Assembly: GCA_964057225.1 (NCBI GenBank)
Contig: OZ059897.1
Coordinates: forward strand, 21,328,001-21,392,000
DNA from: Auanema rhodensis
Taxonomy: Eukaryota; Animalia; Nematoda
Direction of reading: 5' to 3'
Length of the DNA stretch: 64,000 nucleotides
In this document: one piece after another, positions 25,482-40,029 of the stretch
How the letters are laid out: every line of letters starts with the position of its first letter
Numbering within the stretch: position 1 is the first letter of the stretch
Notes under the pieces: generated by a model
Databases searched by the model: none
What the model was told of the DNA's origin: nothing
What the model saw: only the letters and a program-made list of their open reading frames with translations
Made by a program: the position numbers and the translations under genes

Positions 25482-28395
25482 AAAATTAGATTCCCCATGT
25501 CCATATTAGTCTAAAAACAAATTTTTATTGATATTGGTGCATGGTAACCATGACTTTGAAATTTACGTGAACTTTAATTTATGCTAATTAAATGTACACG
25601 TGATGTGCACTTGGTATGTAACTCGCTTCACGTAAAAGATAAAGAGATGCGGTTTTCAAAATTAGATTCCCCATGTCCATATTAGTCTAAAAACAAATTT
25701 TTATTGATATTGGTTCATGGTAACCATGACTTTGAAATTTACGTGAACTTTAATTTATGCTAATTAAATGTACACGTGATGTGCACTTGGTATGTAACTC
25801 GCTTCACGTGAAAGATAAAGAGATGCGGTTTTCAAAATTAGATTCCCCGTGTCCATATTAGTCTAAAAACAAATTTTTATTGATATTGGTTCATGGTAAC
25901 CATGACTTTGAAATTTACGTGAACTTTAATTTATGCTAATTAAATGTACACGTGATGTGCACTTGGTATGTAACTCGCTCCACGTGAAAGATAAAGAGAT
26001 GCGGTTTTCAAAATTAGATTCCCCATGTCCATATTAGTCTAAAAACAAATTTTTATTGATATTGGTTCATGGTAACCATGACTTTGAAATTTACGTGAAC
26101 TTTAATTTATGCTAATTAAATGTACACGTGATGTGCACTTGGTATGTAACTCGCTTCACGTGAAAGATAAAGAGATGCGGTTTTCAAAATTAGATTCCCC
26201 ATGTCCATATTAGTCTAAAAACAAATTTTTATTGATATTGGTTCATGGTAACCATGACTTTGAAATTTACGTGAACTTTATTTTATGCTAATTAAATGTA
26301 CACGTGATGTGCACTTGGTATGTAACTCGCTTCACGTGAAAGATAAAGAGATGCGGTTTTCAAAATTAGATTCCCCATGTCCATATTAGTCTAAAAACAA
26401 ATTTTTATTGATATTGGTGCATGGTAACCATGACTTTGAAATTTACGTGAACTTTAATTTATGCTAATTAAATGTACACGTGATGTGCACTTGGTATGTA
26501 ACTCGCTTCACGTAAAAGATGAAGAGATGCGGTTTTCAAAATTAGATTTCTCATGTCCATATTAGTCTAAAAACAAATTTTTATTGATATTGGTTCATGG
26601 TAACCATGACTTTGAAATTTACGTGAACTTTAATTTATGCTAATTAAATGTACACGTGATGTGCACTTGGTATGTAACTCGCTTCACGTGAAAGATCAAG
26701 AGATGCGGTTTTCAAAATTAGATTCCCCATGTCCATATTAGTCTAAAAACAAATTTTTATTGATATTGGTGCATGGTAACCATGACTTTGAAATTTACGT
26801 GAACTTTAATTTATGCTAATTAAATGTACACGTGATGTGCACTTGGTATGTAACTCGCTCCACGTGAAAGATAAAGAGATGCGGTTTTCAAAATTAGATT
26901 CCCCATGTCCATATTAGTCTAAAAACAAATTTTTATTGATATTGGTGCATGGTAACCATGACTTTGAAATTTACGTGAACTTTAATTTATGCTAATTAAA
27001 TGTACACGTGATGTGCACTTGGTATGTAACTCGCTTCACGTAAAAGATAAAGAGATGCGGTTTTCAAAATTAGATTCCCCATGTCCATATTAGTCTAAAA
27101 CAAATTTTTATTGATATTGGTTCATGGTAACCATGACTTTGAAATTTACGTGAACTTTAATTCATGCTAATTAAATGTACACGTGATGTGCACTTGGTAT
27201 GTAACTCGCTTCACGTGAAAGATAAAGAGATGCGGTTTTCAAAATTAGATTCCCCGTGTCCATATTAGTCTAAAAACAAATTTTTATTGATATTGGTGCA
27301 TGGTAACCATGACTTTGAAATTTACGTGAACTTTAATTTATGCTAATTAAATGTACACGTGATGTGCACTTGGTATGGAACTCGCTTCACGTGAAAGATA
27401 AAGAGATGCGGTTTTCAAAATTAGATTCCCCATGTCCATATTAGTCTAAAAACAAATTTTTATTGATATTGGTTCATGGTAACCATGACTTTGAAATTTA
27501 CGTGAACTTTAATTTATGCTAATTAAATGTACACGTGATGTGCACTTGGTATGTAACTCGCTTCACGTGAAAGATAAAGAGATTCGGTTTTCAAAATTAG
27601 ATTCCCCATGTCCATATTAGTCTAAAAACAAATTTTTATTGATATTGGTGCATGGTAACCATGACTTTGAAATTTACGTGAACTTTAATTTATGCTAATT
27701 AAATGTACACGTGATGTGCACTTGGTATGTAACTCGCTTCACGAGAAAGATAAAGAGATGCGGTTTTCAAAATTAGATTCCCCATGTACATATCAGTCTA
27801 AAAACAAATTTTTATTGATATTGGTTCATGGTAACCATGACTTTGAAATTTACGTGAACTTTAATTTATGCTAATTAAATGTACACGTGATGTGCACTTG
27901 GTATGTAACTCGCTTCACGTGAAAGATAAAGAGATGCGGTTTTCAAAATTAGATTCCCCATGTCCATATTAGTCTAAAAACAAATTTTTATCGATATTGG
28001 TTCATGGTAACCATGACTTTGAAATTTACGTGAACTTTAATTTATGCTAATTAAATGTACATGTGATGTGCACTTGGTATGTAACTCGCTTCACGTGAAA
28101 GATAAAGAGATGCGGTTTTCAAAATTAGATTCCCCATGTCCATATTAGTCTAAAAACAAATTTTTATTGATATTGGTTCATGGTAACCATGACTTTGAAA
28201 TTTACGTGAACTTTAATTTATGCTAATTAAATGTACACGTGATGTGCACTTGGTATGTAACTCGCTTCACGTGAAAGATAAAGAGATGCGGTTTTCAAAA
28301 TTAGATTCCCCATGTCCATATTAGTCTAAAAACAAATTTTTATCGATATTGGTTCATGGTAACCATGACTTTGAAATTTACGTGAACTTTAATTT

Positions 28396-28408
28396 TATTA
28401 GATTTTGA
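28396..28408 (+). other. Deletion junction, copy 2 (identical)
   Basis: Same junction sequence, 2927 bp after copy 1. Confidence 0.95.
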
Positions 28409-31400
28409 AAAATTAGATTCCCCATGTCCATATTAGTCTAAAAACAAATTTTTATTGATATTGGTGCATGGTAACCATGACTTTGAAATTTACGTGAACT
28501 TTAATTTATGCTAATTAAATGTACACGTGATGTGCACTTGGTATGTAACTCGCTTCACGTAAAAGATAAAGAGATGCGGTTTTCAAAATTAGATTCCCCA
28601 TGTCCATATTAGTCTAAAAACAAATTTTTATTGATATTGGTTCATGGTAACCATGACTTTGAAATTTACGTGAACTTTAATTTATGCTAATTAAATGTAC
28701 ACGTGATGTGCACTTGGTATGTAACTCGCTTCACGTGAAAGATAAAGAGATGCGGTTTTCAAAATTAGATTCCCCGTGTCCATATTAGTCTAAAAACAAA
28801 TTTTTATTGATATTGGTGCATGGTAACCATGACTTTGAAATTTACGTGAACTTTAATTTATGCTAATTAAATGTACACGTGATGTGCACTTGGTATGGAA
28901 CTCGCTTCACGTGAAAGATAAAGAGATGCGGTTTTCAAAATTAGATTCCCCATGTCCATATTAGTCTAAAAACAAATTTTTATTGATATTGGTTCATGGT
29001 AACCATGACTTTGAAATTTACGTGAACTTTAATTTATGCTAATTAAATGTACACGTGATGTGCACTTGGTATGTAACTCGCTTCACGTGAAAGATAAAGA
29101 GATTCGGTTTTCAAAATTAGATTCCCCATGTCCATATTAGTCTAAAAACAAATTTTTATTGATATTGGTGCATGGTAACCATGACTTTGAAATTTACGTG
29201 AACTTTAATTTATGCTAATTAAATGTACACGTGATGTGCACTTGGTATGTAACTCGCTTCACGAGAAAGATAAAGAGATGCGGTTTTCAAAATTAGATTC
29301 CCCATGTCCATATTAGTCTAAAAACAAATTTTTATTGATATTGGTTCATGGTAACCATGACTTTGAAATTTACGTGAACTTTAATTTATGCTAATTAAAT
29401 GTACACGTGATGTGCACTTGGTATGTAACTCGCTTCACGTGAAAGATAAAGAGATGCGGTTTTCAAAATTAGATTCCCCATGTCCATATTAGTCTAAAAA
29501 CAAATTTTTATCGATATTGGTTCATGGTAACCATGACTTTGAAATTTACGTGAACTTTAATTTATGCTAATTAAATGTACATGTGATGTGCACTTGGTAT
29601 GTAACTCGCTTCACGTGAAAGATAAAGAGATGCGGTTTTCAAAATTAGATTCCCCATGTCCATATTAGTCTAAAAACAAATTTTTATTGATATTGGTTCA
29701 TGGTAACCATGACTTTGAAATTTACGTGAACTTTAATTTATGCTAAATAAATGTACACGTGATGTGCACTTGGTATGTAACTCGCTTCACGTGAAAGATA
29801 AAGAGATGCGGTTTTCAAAATTAGATTCCCCATGTCCATATTAGTCTAAAAACAAATTTTTATTGATATTGGTTCATGGTAACCATGACTTTGAAATTTA
29901 CGTGAACTTTAATTTATGCTAATTAAATGTACACGTGATGTGCACTTGGTATGTAACTCGCTTCACGTGAAAGATAAAGAGATGCGGTTTTCAAAATTAG
30001 ATTCCCCATGTCCATATTAGTCTAAAAACAAATTTTTATCGATATTGGTTCATGGTAACCATGACTTTGAAATTTACGTGAACTTTAATTTATGCTAATT
30101 AAATGTACACGTGATGTGCACTTGGTATGTAACTCGCTTCACGTGAAAGATAAAGAGATGCGGTTTTCAAAATTAGATTCCCCATGTCCATATTAGTCTA
30201 AAAACAAATTTTTATTGATATTGGTGCATGGTAACCATGACTTTGAAATTTACGTGAACTTTAATTTATGCTAATTAAATGTACACGTGATGTGCACTTG
30301 GTATGTAACTTGCTTCACGTGAAAGATAAAGAGATGCGGTTTTCAAAATTAGATTCCCCATGTCCATATTAGTCTAAAAACAAATTTTTATTGATATTGG
30401 TTCATGGTAACCATGACTTTGAAATTTACGTGAACTTTAATTTATGCTAATTAAATGTACACGTGATGTGCACTTGGTATGTAACTCGCTTCACGTGAAA
30501 GATAAAGAGATGCGGTTTTCAAAATTAGATTCCCCATGTCCATATTAGTCTAAAAACAAATTTTTATCGATATTGGTTCATGGTAACCATGACTTTGAAA
30601 TTTACGTGAACTTTAATTTATGCTAATTAAATGTACACGTGATGTGCACTTGGTATGTAACTCGCTTCACGTGAAAGATAAAGAGATGCGGTTTTCAAAA
30701 TTAGATTCCCCATGTCCATATTAGTCTAAAAACAAATTTTTATTGATATTGGTGCATGGTAACCATGACTTTGAAATTTACGTGAACTTTAATTTATGCT
30801 AATTAAATGTACACGTGATGTGCACTTGGTATGTAACTTGCTTCACGTGAAAGATAAAGAGATGCGGTTTTCAAAATTAGATTCCCCATGTCCATATTAG
30901 TCTAAAAACAAATTTTTATTGATATTGGTTCATGGTAACCATGACTTTGAAATTTACGTGAACTTTAATTTATGCTAATTAAATGTACACGTGATGTGCA
31001 CTTGGTATGTAACTCGCTTCACGTGAAAGATAAAGAGATGCGGTTTTCAAAATTAGATTCCCCATGTCCATATTAGTCTAAAAACAATTTTTTTTGATAT
31101 TGGTGCATGGTAACCAAGACTTTGAAATTTACGTGAACTTTAATTTATGCTAATTAAATGTACACGTGATGTGCACTTGGTATGTAACTCGCTTCACGTG
31201 AAAGATGAAGAGATGCGGTTTTCAAAATTAGATTCCCCATGTCCATATTAGTCTAAAAATAAATTTTTATTGATATTGGTTCATGGTAACCATGACTTTG
31301 AAATTTACGTGAACTTTAATTTATGCTAATTAAATGTACACGTGATGTGCACTTGGTTTGTAACTCGCTCCACGTGAAAGATAAAGAGATGCGGTTTTCA

Positions 31401-32906
31401 AAATTAGATTCCCCATGTCCATATTAGTCTAAAAACAAATTTTTATTGATATTGGTTCATGGTAACCATGACTTTGAAATTTACGTGAACTTTAATTTAT
31501 GCTAATTAAATGTACACGTGATGTGCACTTGGTATGTAACTCGCTTCACGTGAAAGATAAAGAGATGCGGTTTTCAAAATTAGATTCCCCATGTCCATAT
31601 TAGTCTAAAAACAAATTTTTATTGATATTGGTTCATGGTAACCATGACTTTGAAATTTACGTGAACTTTATTTTATGCTAATTAAATGTACACGTGATGT
31701 GCACTTGGTATGTAACTCGCTTCACGTGAAAGATAAAGAGATGCGGTTTTCAAAATTAGATTCCCCATGTCCATATTAGTCTAAAAACAAATTTTTATTG
31801 ATATTGGTGCATGGTAACCATGACTTTGAAATTTACGTGAACTTTAATTTATGCTAATTAAATGTACACGTGATGTGCACTTGGTATGTAACTCGCTTCA
31901 CGTAAAAGATGAAGAGATGCGGTTTTCAAAATTAGATTCCTCATGTCCATATTAGTCTAAAAACAAATTTTTATTGATATTGGTGCATGGTAACCATGAC
32001 TTTGAAATTTACGTGAACTTTAATTTATGCTAATTAAATGTACACGTGATGTGCACTTGGTATGTAACTCGCTTCACGTGAAAGATCAAGAGATGCGGTT
32101 TTCAAAATTAGATTCCCCATGTCCATATTAGTCTAAAAACAAATTTTTATTGATATTGGTTCATGGTAACCATGACTTTGAAATTTACGTGAACTTTAAT
32201 TTATGCTAATTAAATGTACACGTGATGTGCACTTGGTATGTAACTCGCTTCACGTGAAAGATCAAGAGATGCGGTTTTCAAAATTAGATTCTTCATGTCC
32301 ATATTAGTCTAAAAACAAATTTTTATTGATATTGGTGCATGGTAACCATGACTTTGAAATTTACGTGAACTTTAATTTATGCTAATTAAATGTACACGTG
32401 ATGTGCACTTGGTATGTAACTCGCTTCACGTGAAAGATAAAGAGATGCGGTTTTCAAAATTAGATTCCCCATGTCCATATTAGTCTAAAAACAAATTTTT
32501 ATCGATATTGGTTCATGGTAACCATGACTTTGAAATTTACGTGAACTTTAATTTATGCTAATTAAATGTACATGTGATGTGCACTTGGTATGTAACTCGC
32601 TTCACGTGAAAGATAAAGAGATGCGGTTTTCAAAATTAGATTCCCCATGTCCATATTAGTCTAAAAACAAATTTTTATTGATATTGGTTCATGGTAACCA
32701 TGACTTTGAAATTTACGTGAACTTTAATTTATGCTAATTAAATGTACACGTGATGTGCACTTGGTATGTAACTCGCTTCACGTGAAAGATAAAGAGATGC
32801 GGTTTTCAAAATTAGATTCCCCATGTCCATATTAGTCTAAAAACAAATTTTTATCGATATTGGTTCATGGTAACCATGACTTTGAAATTTACGTGAACTT
32901 TAATTT

Positions 32907-32919
32907 TATTAGATTTTGA
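32907..32919 (+). other. Deletion junction, copy 3 (identical)
   Basis: Same junction sequence, 4511 bp after copy 2. Confidence 0.95.
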
Positions 32920-35900
32920 AAAATTAGATTCCCCATGTCCATATTAGTCTAAAAACAAATTTTTATTGATATTGGTGCATGGTAACCATGACTTTGAAAT
33001 TTACGTGAACTTTAATTTATGCTAATTAAATGTACACGTGATGTGCACTTGGTATGTAACTCGCTTCACGTAAAAGATAAAGAGATGCGGTTTTCAAAAT
33101 TAGATTCCCCATGTCCATATTAGTCTAAAAACAAATTTTTATTGATATTGGTTCATGGTAACCATGACTTTGAAATTTACGTGAACTTTAATTTATGCTA
33201 ATTAAATGTACACGTGATGTGCACTTGGTATGTAACTCGCTTCACGTGAAAGATAAAGAGATGCGGTTTTCAAAATTAGATTCCCCGTGTCCATATTAGT
33301 CTAAAAACAAATTTTTATTGATATTGGTGCATGGTAACCATGACTTTGAAATTTACGTGAACTTTAATTTATGCTAATTAAATGTACACGTGATGTGCAC
33401 TTGGTATGGAACTCGCTTCACGTGAAAGATAAAGAGATGCGGTTTTCAAAATTAGATTCCCCATGTCCATATTAGTCTAAAAACAAATTTTTATTGATAT
33501 TGGTTCATGGTAACCATGACTTTGAAATTTACGTGAACTTTAATTTATGCTAATTAAATGTACACGTGATGTGCACTTGGTATGTAACTCGCTTCACGTG
33601 AAAGATAAAGAGATTCGGTTTTCAAAATTAGATTCCCCATGTCCATATTAGTCTAAAAACAAATTTTTATTGATATTGGTGCATGGTAACCATGACTTTG
33701 AAATTTACGTGAACTTTAATTTATGCTAATTAAATGTACACGTGATGTGCACTTGGTATGTAACTCGCTTCACGAGAAAGATAAAGAGATGCGGTTTTCA
33801 AAATTAGATTCCCCATGTCCATATTAGTCTAAAAACAAATTTTTATTGATATTGGTTCATGGTAACCATGACTTTGAAATTTACGTGAACTTTAATTTAT
33901 GCTAATTAAATGTACACGTGATGTGCACTTGGTATGTAACTCGCTTCACGTGAAAGATAAAGAGATGCGGTTTTCAAAATTAGATTCCCCATGTCCATAT
34001 TAGTCTAAAAACAAATTTTTATCGATATTGGTTCATGGTAACCATGACTTTGAAATTTACGTGAACTTTAATTTATGCTAATTAAATGTACATGTGATGT
34101 GCACTTGGTATGTAACTCGCTTCACGTGAAAGATAAAGAGATGCGGTTTTCAAAATTAGATTCCCCATGTCCATATTAGTCTAAAAACAAATTTTTATTG
34201 ATATTGGTTCATGGTAACCATGACTTTGAAATTTACGTGAACTTTAATTTATGCTAAATAAATGTACACGTGATGTGCACTTGGTATGTAACTCGCTTCA
34301 CGTGAAAGATAAAGAGATGCGGTTTTCAAAATTAGATTCCCCATGTCCATATTAGTCTAAAAACAAATTTTTATTGATATTGGTTCATGGTAACCATGAC
34401 TTTGAAATTTACGTGAACTTTAATTTATGCTAATTAAATGTACACGTGATGTGCACTTGGTATGTAACTCGCTTCACGTGAAAGATAAAGAGATGCGGTT
34501 TTCAAAATTAGATTCCCCATGTCCATATTAGTCTAAAAACAAATTTTTATCGATATTGGTTCATGGTAACCATGACTTTGAAATTTACGTGAACTTTAAT
34601 TTATGCTAATTAAATGTACACGTGATGTGCACTTGGTATGTAACTCGCTTCACGTGAAAGATAAAGAGATGCGGTTTTCAAAATTAGATTCCCCATGTCC
34701 ATATTAGTCTAAAAACAAATTTTTATTGATATTGGTGCATGGTAACCATGACTTTGAAATTTACGTGAACTTTAATTTATGCTAATTAAATGTACACGTG
34801 ATGTGCACTTGGTATGTAACTTGCTTCACGTGAAAGATAAAGAGATGCGGTTTTCAAAATTAGATTCCCCATGTCCATATTAGTCTAAAAACAAATTTTT
34901 ATTGATATTGGTTCATGGTAACCATGACTTTGAAATTTACGTGAACTTTAATTTATGCTAATTAAATGTACACGTGATGTGCACTTGGTATGTAACTCGC
35001 TTCACGTGAAAGATAAAGAGATGCGGTTTTCAAAATTAGATTCCCCATGTCCATATTAGTCTAAAAACAATTTTTTTTGATATTGGTGCATGGTAACCAA
35101 GACTTTGAAATTTACGTGAACTTTAATTTATGCTAATTAAATGTACACGTGATGTGCACTTGGTATGTAACTCGCTTCACGTGAAAGATGAAGAGATGCG
35201 GTTTTCAAAATTAGATTCCCCATGTCCATATTAGTCTAAAAATAAATTTTTATTGATATTGGTTCATGGTAACCATGACTTTGAAATTTACGTGAACTTT
35301 AATTTATGCTAATTAAATGTACACGTGATGTGCACTTGGTTTGTAACTCGCTCCACGTGAAAGATAAAGAGATGCGGTTTTCAAAATTAGATTCCCCATG
35401 TCCATATTAGTCTAAAAACAAATTTTTATTGATATTGGTTCATGGTAACCATGACTTTGAAATTTACGTGAACTTTAATTTATGCTAATTAAATGTACAC
35501 GTGATGTGCACTTGGTATGTAACTCGCTTCACGTGAAAGATAAAGAGATGCGGTTTTCAAAATTAGATTCCCCATGTCCATATTAGTCTAAAAACAAATT
35601 TTTATTGATATTGGTTCATGGTAACCATGACTTTGAAATTTACGTGAACTTTATTTTATGCTAATTAAATGTACACGTGATGTGCACTTGGTATGTAACT
35701 CGCTTCACGTGAAAGATAAAGAGATGCGGTTTTCAAAATTAGATTCCCCATGTCCATATTAGTCTAAAAACAAATTTTTATTGATATTGGTGCATGGTAA
35801 CCATGACTTTGAAATTTACGTGAACTTTAATTTATGCTAATTAAATGTACACGTGATGTGCACTTGGTATGTAACTCGCTTCACGTAAAAGATGAAGAGA

Positions 35901-36889
35901 TGCGGTTTTCAAAATTAGATTCCTCATGTCCATATTAGTCTAAAAACAAATTTTTATTGATATTGGTGCATGGTAACCATGACTTTGAAATTTACGTGAA
36001 CTTTAATTTATGCTAATTAAATGTACACGTGATGTGCACTTGGTATGTAACTCGCTTCACGTGAAAGATCAAGAGATGCGGTTTTCAAAATTAGATTCCC
36101 CATGTCCATATTAGTCTAAAAACAAATTTTTATTGATATTGGTTCATGGTAACCATGACTTTGAAATTTACGTGAACTTTAATTTATGCTAATTAAATGT
36201 ACACGTGATGTGCACTTGGTATGTAACTCGCTTCACGTGAAAGATCAAGAGATGCGGTTTTCAAAATTAGATTCTTCATGTCCATATTAGTCTAAAAACA
36301 AATTTTTATTGATATTGGTGCATGGTAACCATGACTTTGAAATTTACGTGAACTTTAATTTATGCTAATTAAATGTACACGTGATGTGCACTTGGTATGT
36401 AACTCGCTTCACGTGAAAGATAAAGAGATGCGGTTTTCAAAATTAGATTCCCCATGTCCATATTAGTCTAAAAACAAATTTTTATCGATATTGGTTCATG
36501 GTAACCATGACTTTGAAATTTACGTGAACTTTAATTTATGCTAATTAAATGTACATGTGATGTGCACTTGGTATGTAACTCGCTTCACGTGAAAGATAAA
36601 GAGATGCGGTTTTCAAAATTAGATTCCCCATGTCCATATTAGTCTAAAAACAAATTTTTATTGATATTGGTTCATGGTAACCATGACTTTGAAATTTACG
36701 TGAACTTTAATTTATGCTAATTAAATGTACACGTGATGTGCACTTGGTATGTAACTCGCTTCACGTGAAAGATAAAGAGATGCGGTTTTCAAAATTAGAT
36801 TCCCCATGTCCATATTAGTCTAAAAACAAATTTTTATCGATATTGGTTCATGGTAACCATGACTTTGAAATTTACGTGAACTTTAATTT

Positions 36890-36902
36890 TATTAGATTTT
36901 GA
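36890..36902 (+). other. Deletion junction, copy 4 (identical)
   Basis: Same junction sequence, 3983 bp after copy 3. Confidence 0.95.
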
Positions 36903-39900
36903 AAAATTAGATTCCCCATGTCCATATTAGTCTAAAAACAAATTTTTATTGATATTGGTGCATGGTAACCATGACTTTGAAATTTACGTGAACTTTAATT
37001 TATGCTAATTAAATGTACACGTGATGTGCACTTGGTATGTAACTCGCTTCACGTAAAAGATAAAGAGATGCGGTTTTCAAAATTAGATTCCCCATGTCCA
37101 TATTAGTCTAAAAACAAATTTTTATTGATATTGGTTCATGGTAACCATGACTTTGAAATTTACGTGAACTTTAATTTATGCTAATTAAATGTACACGTGA
37201 TGTGCACTTGGTATGTAACTCGCTTCACGTGAAAGATAAAGAGATGCGGTTTTCAAAATTAGATTCCCCGTGTCCATATTAGTCTAAAAACAAATTTTTA
37301 TTGATATTGGTGCATGGTAACCATGACTTTGAAATTTACGTGAACTTTAATTTATGCTAATTAAATGTACACGTGATGTGCACTTGGTATGGAACTCGCT
37401 TCACGTGAAAGATAAAGAGATGCGGTTTTCAAAATTAGATTCCCCATGTCCATATTAGTCTAAAAACAAATTTTTATTGATATTGGTTCATGGTAACCAT
37501 GACTTTGAAATTTACGTGAACTTTAATTTATGCTAATTAAATGTACACGTGATGTGCACTTGGTATGTAACTCGCTTCACGTGAAAGATAAAGAGATTCG
37601 GTTTTCAAAATTAGATTCCCCATGTCCATATTAGTCTAAAAACAAATTTTTATTGATATTGGTGCATGGTAACCATGACTTTGAAATTTACGTGAACTTT
37701 AATTTATGCTAATTAAATGTACACGTGATGTGCACTTGGTATGTAACTCGCTTCACGAGAAAGATAAAGAGATGCGGTTTTCAAAATTAGATTCCCCATG
37801 TCCATATTAGTCTAAAAACAAATTTTTATTGATATTGGTTCATGGTAACCATGACTTTGAAATTTACGTGAACTTTAATTTATGCTAATTAAATGTACAC
37901 GTGATGTGCACTTGGTATGTAACTCGCTTCACGTGAAAGATAAAGAGATGCGGTTTTCAAAATTAGATTCCCCATGTCCATATTAGTCTAAAAACAAATT
38001 TTTATCGATATTGGTTCATGGTAACCATGACTTTGAAATTTACGTGAACTTTAATTTATGCTAATTAAATGTACATGTGATGTGCACTTGGTATGTAACT
38101 CGCTTCACGTGAAAGATAAAGAGATGCGGTTTTCAAAATTAGATTCCCCATGTCCATATTAGTCTAAAAACAAATTTTTATTGATATTGGTTCATGGTAA
38201 CCATGACTTTGAAATTTACGTGAACTTTAATTTATGCTAAATAAATGTACACGTGATGTGCACTTGGTATGTAACTCGCTTCACGTGAAAGATAAAGAGA
38301 TGCGGTTTTCAAAATTAGATTCCCCATGTCCATATTAGTCTAAAAACAAATTTTTATTGATATTGGTTCATGGTAACCATGACTTTGAAATTTACGTGAA
38401 CTTTAATTTATGCTAATTAAATGTACACGTGATGTGCACTTGGTATGTAACTCGCTTCACGTGAAAGATAAAGAGATGCGGTTTTCAAAATTAGATTCCC
38501 CATGTCCATATTAGTCTAAAAACAAATTTTTATCGATATTGGTTCATGGTAACCATGACTTTGAAATTTACGTGAACTTTAATTTATGCTAATTAAATGT
38601 ACACGTGATGTGCACTTGGTATGTAACTCGCTTCACGTGAAAGATAAAGAGATGCGGTTTTCAAAATTAGATTCCCCATGTCCATATTAGTCTAAAAACA
38701 AATTTTTATTGATATTGGTGCATGGTAACCATGACTTTGAAATTTACGTGAACTTTAATTTATGCTAATTAAATGTACACGTGATGTGCACTTGGTATGT
38801 AACTTGCTTCACGTGAAAGATAAAGAGATGCGGTTTTCAAAATTAGATTCCCCATGTCCATATTAGTCTAAAAACAAATTTTTATTGATATTGGTTCATG
38901 GTAACCATGACTTTGAAATTTACGTGAACTTTAATTTATGCTAATTAAATGTACACGTGATGTGCACTTGGTATGTAACTCGCTTCACGTGAAAGATAAA
39001 GAGATGCGGTTTTCAAAATTAGATTCCCCATGTCCATATTAGTCTAAAAACAAATTTTTATCGATATTGGTTCATGGTAACCATGACTTTGAAATTTACG
39101 TGAACTTTAATTTATGCTAATTAAATGTACACGTGATGTGCACTTGGTATGTAACTCGCTTCACGTGAAAGATAAAGAGATGCGGTTTTCAAAATTAGAT
39201 TCCCCATGTCCATATTAGTCTAAAAACAAATTTTTATTGATATTGGTGCATGGTAACCATGACTTTGAAATTTACGTGAACTTTAATTTATGCTAATTAA
39301 ATGTACACGTGATGTGCACTTGGTATGTAACTTGCTTCACGTGAAAGATAAAGAGATGCGGTTTTCAAAATTAGATTCCCCATGTCCATATTAGTCTAAA
39401 AACAAATTTTTATTGATATTGGTTCATGGTAACCATGACTTTGAAATTTACGTGAACTTTAATTTATGCTAATTAAATGTACACGTGATGTGCACTTGGT
39501 ATGTAACTCGCTTCACGTGAAAGATAAAGAGATGCGGTTTTCAAAATTAGATTCCCCATGTCCATATTAGTCTAAAAACAATTTTTTTTGATATTGGTGC
39601 ATGGTAACCAAGACTTTGAAATTTACGTGAACTTTAATTTATGCTAATTAAATGTACACGTGATGTGCACTTGGTATGTAACTCGCTTCACGTGAAAGAT
39701 GAAGAGATGCGGTTTTCAAAATTAGATTCCCCATGTCCATATTAGTCTAAAAATAAATTTTTATTGATATTGGTTCATGGTAACCATGACTTTGAAATTT
39801 ACGTGAACTTTAATTTATGCTAATTAAATGTACACGTGATGTGCACTTGGTTTGTAACTCGCTCCACGTGAAAGATAAAGAGATGCGGTTTTCAAAATTA

Positions 39901-40029
39901 GATTCCCCATGTCCATATTAGTCTAAAAACAAATTTTTATTGATATTGGTTCATGGTAACCATGACTTTGAAATTTACGTGAACTTTAATTTATGCTAAT
40001 TAAATGTACACGTGATGTGCACTTGGTAT

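Larger units (their letters stand above)
22750..28800 (+). repeat. Tandem duplication of an 18/17-monomer block (offset 3103, then 2927 bp)
   Basis: Markers: ctCc 22877/25980, attTcTca 23446/26549, gatCaag 23594/26697, ttCatgc 24060/27163, ccGtg 24153/27256, tatCag 24691/27794. The second copy lacks one monomer before the deletion junction. Boundaries are approximate. Confidence 0.9.

Noticed and set aside
27692-27874. Identical second 60-aa ORF
   Set aside because: It is a passive copy within the 3103-bp block duplication (T>C at 27794), so the identity reflects recent duplication and not selection.
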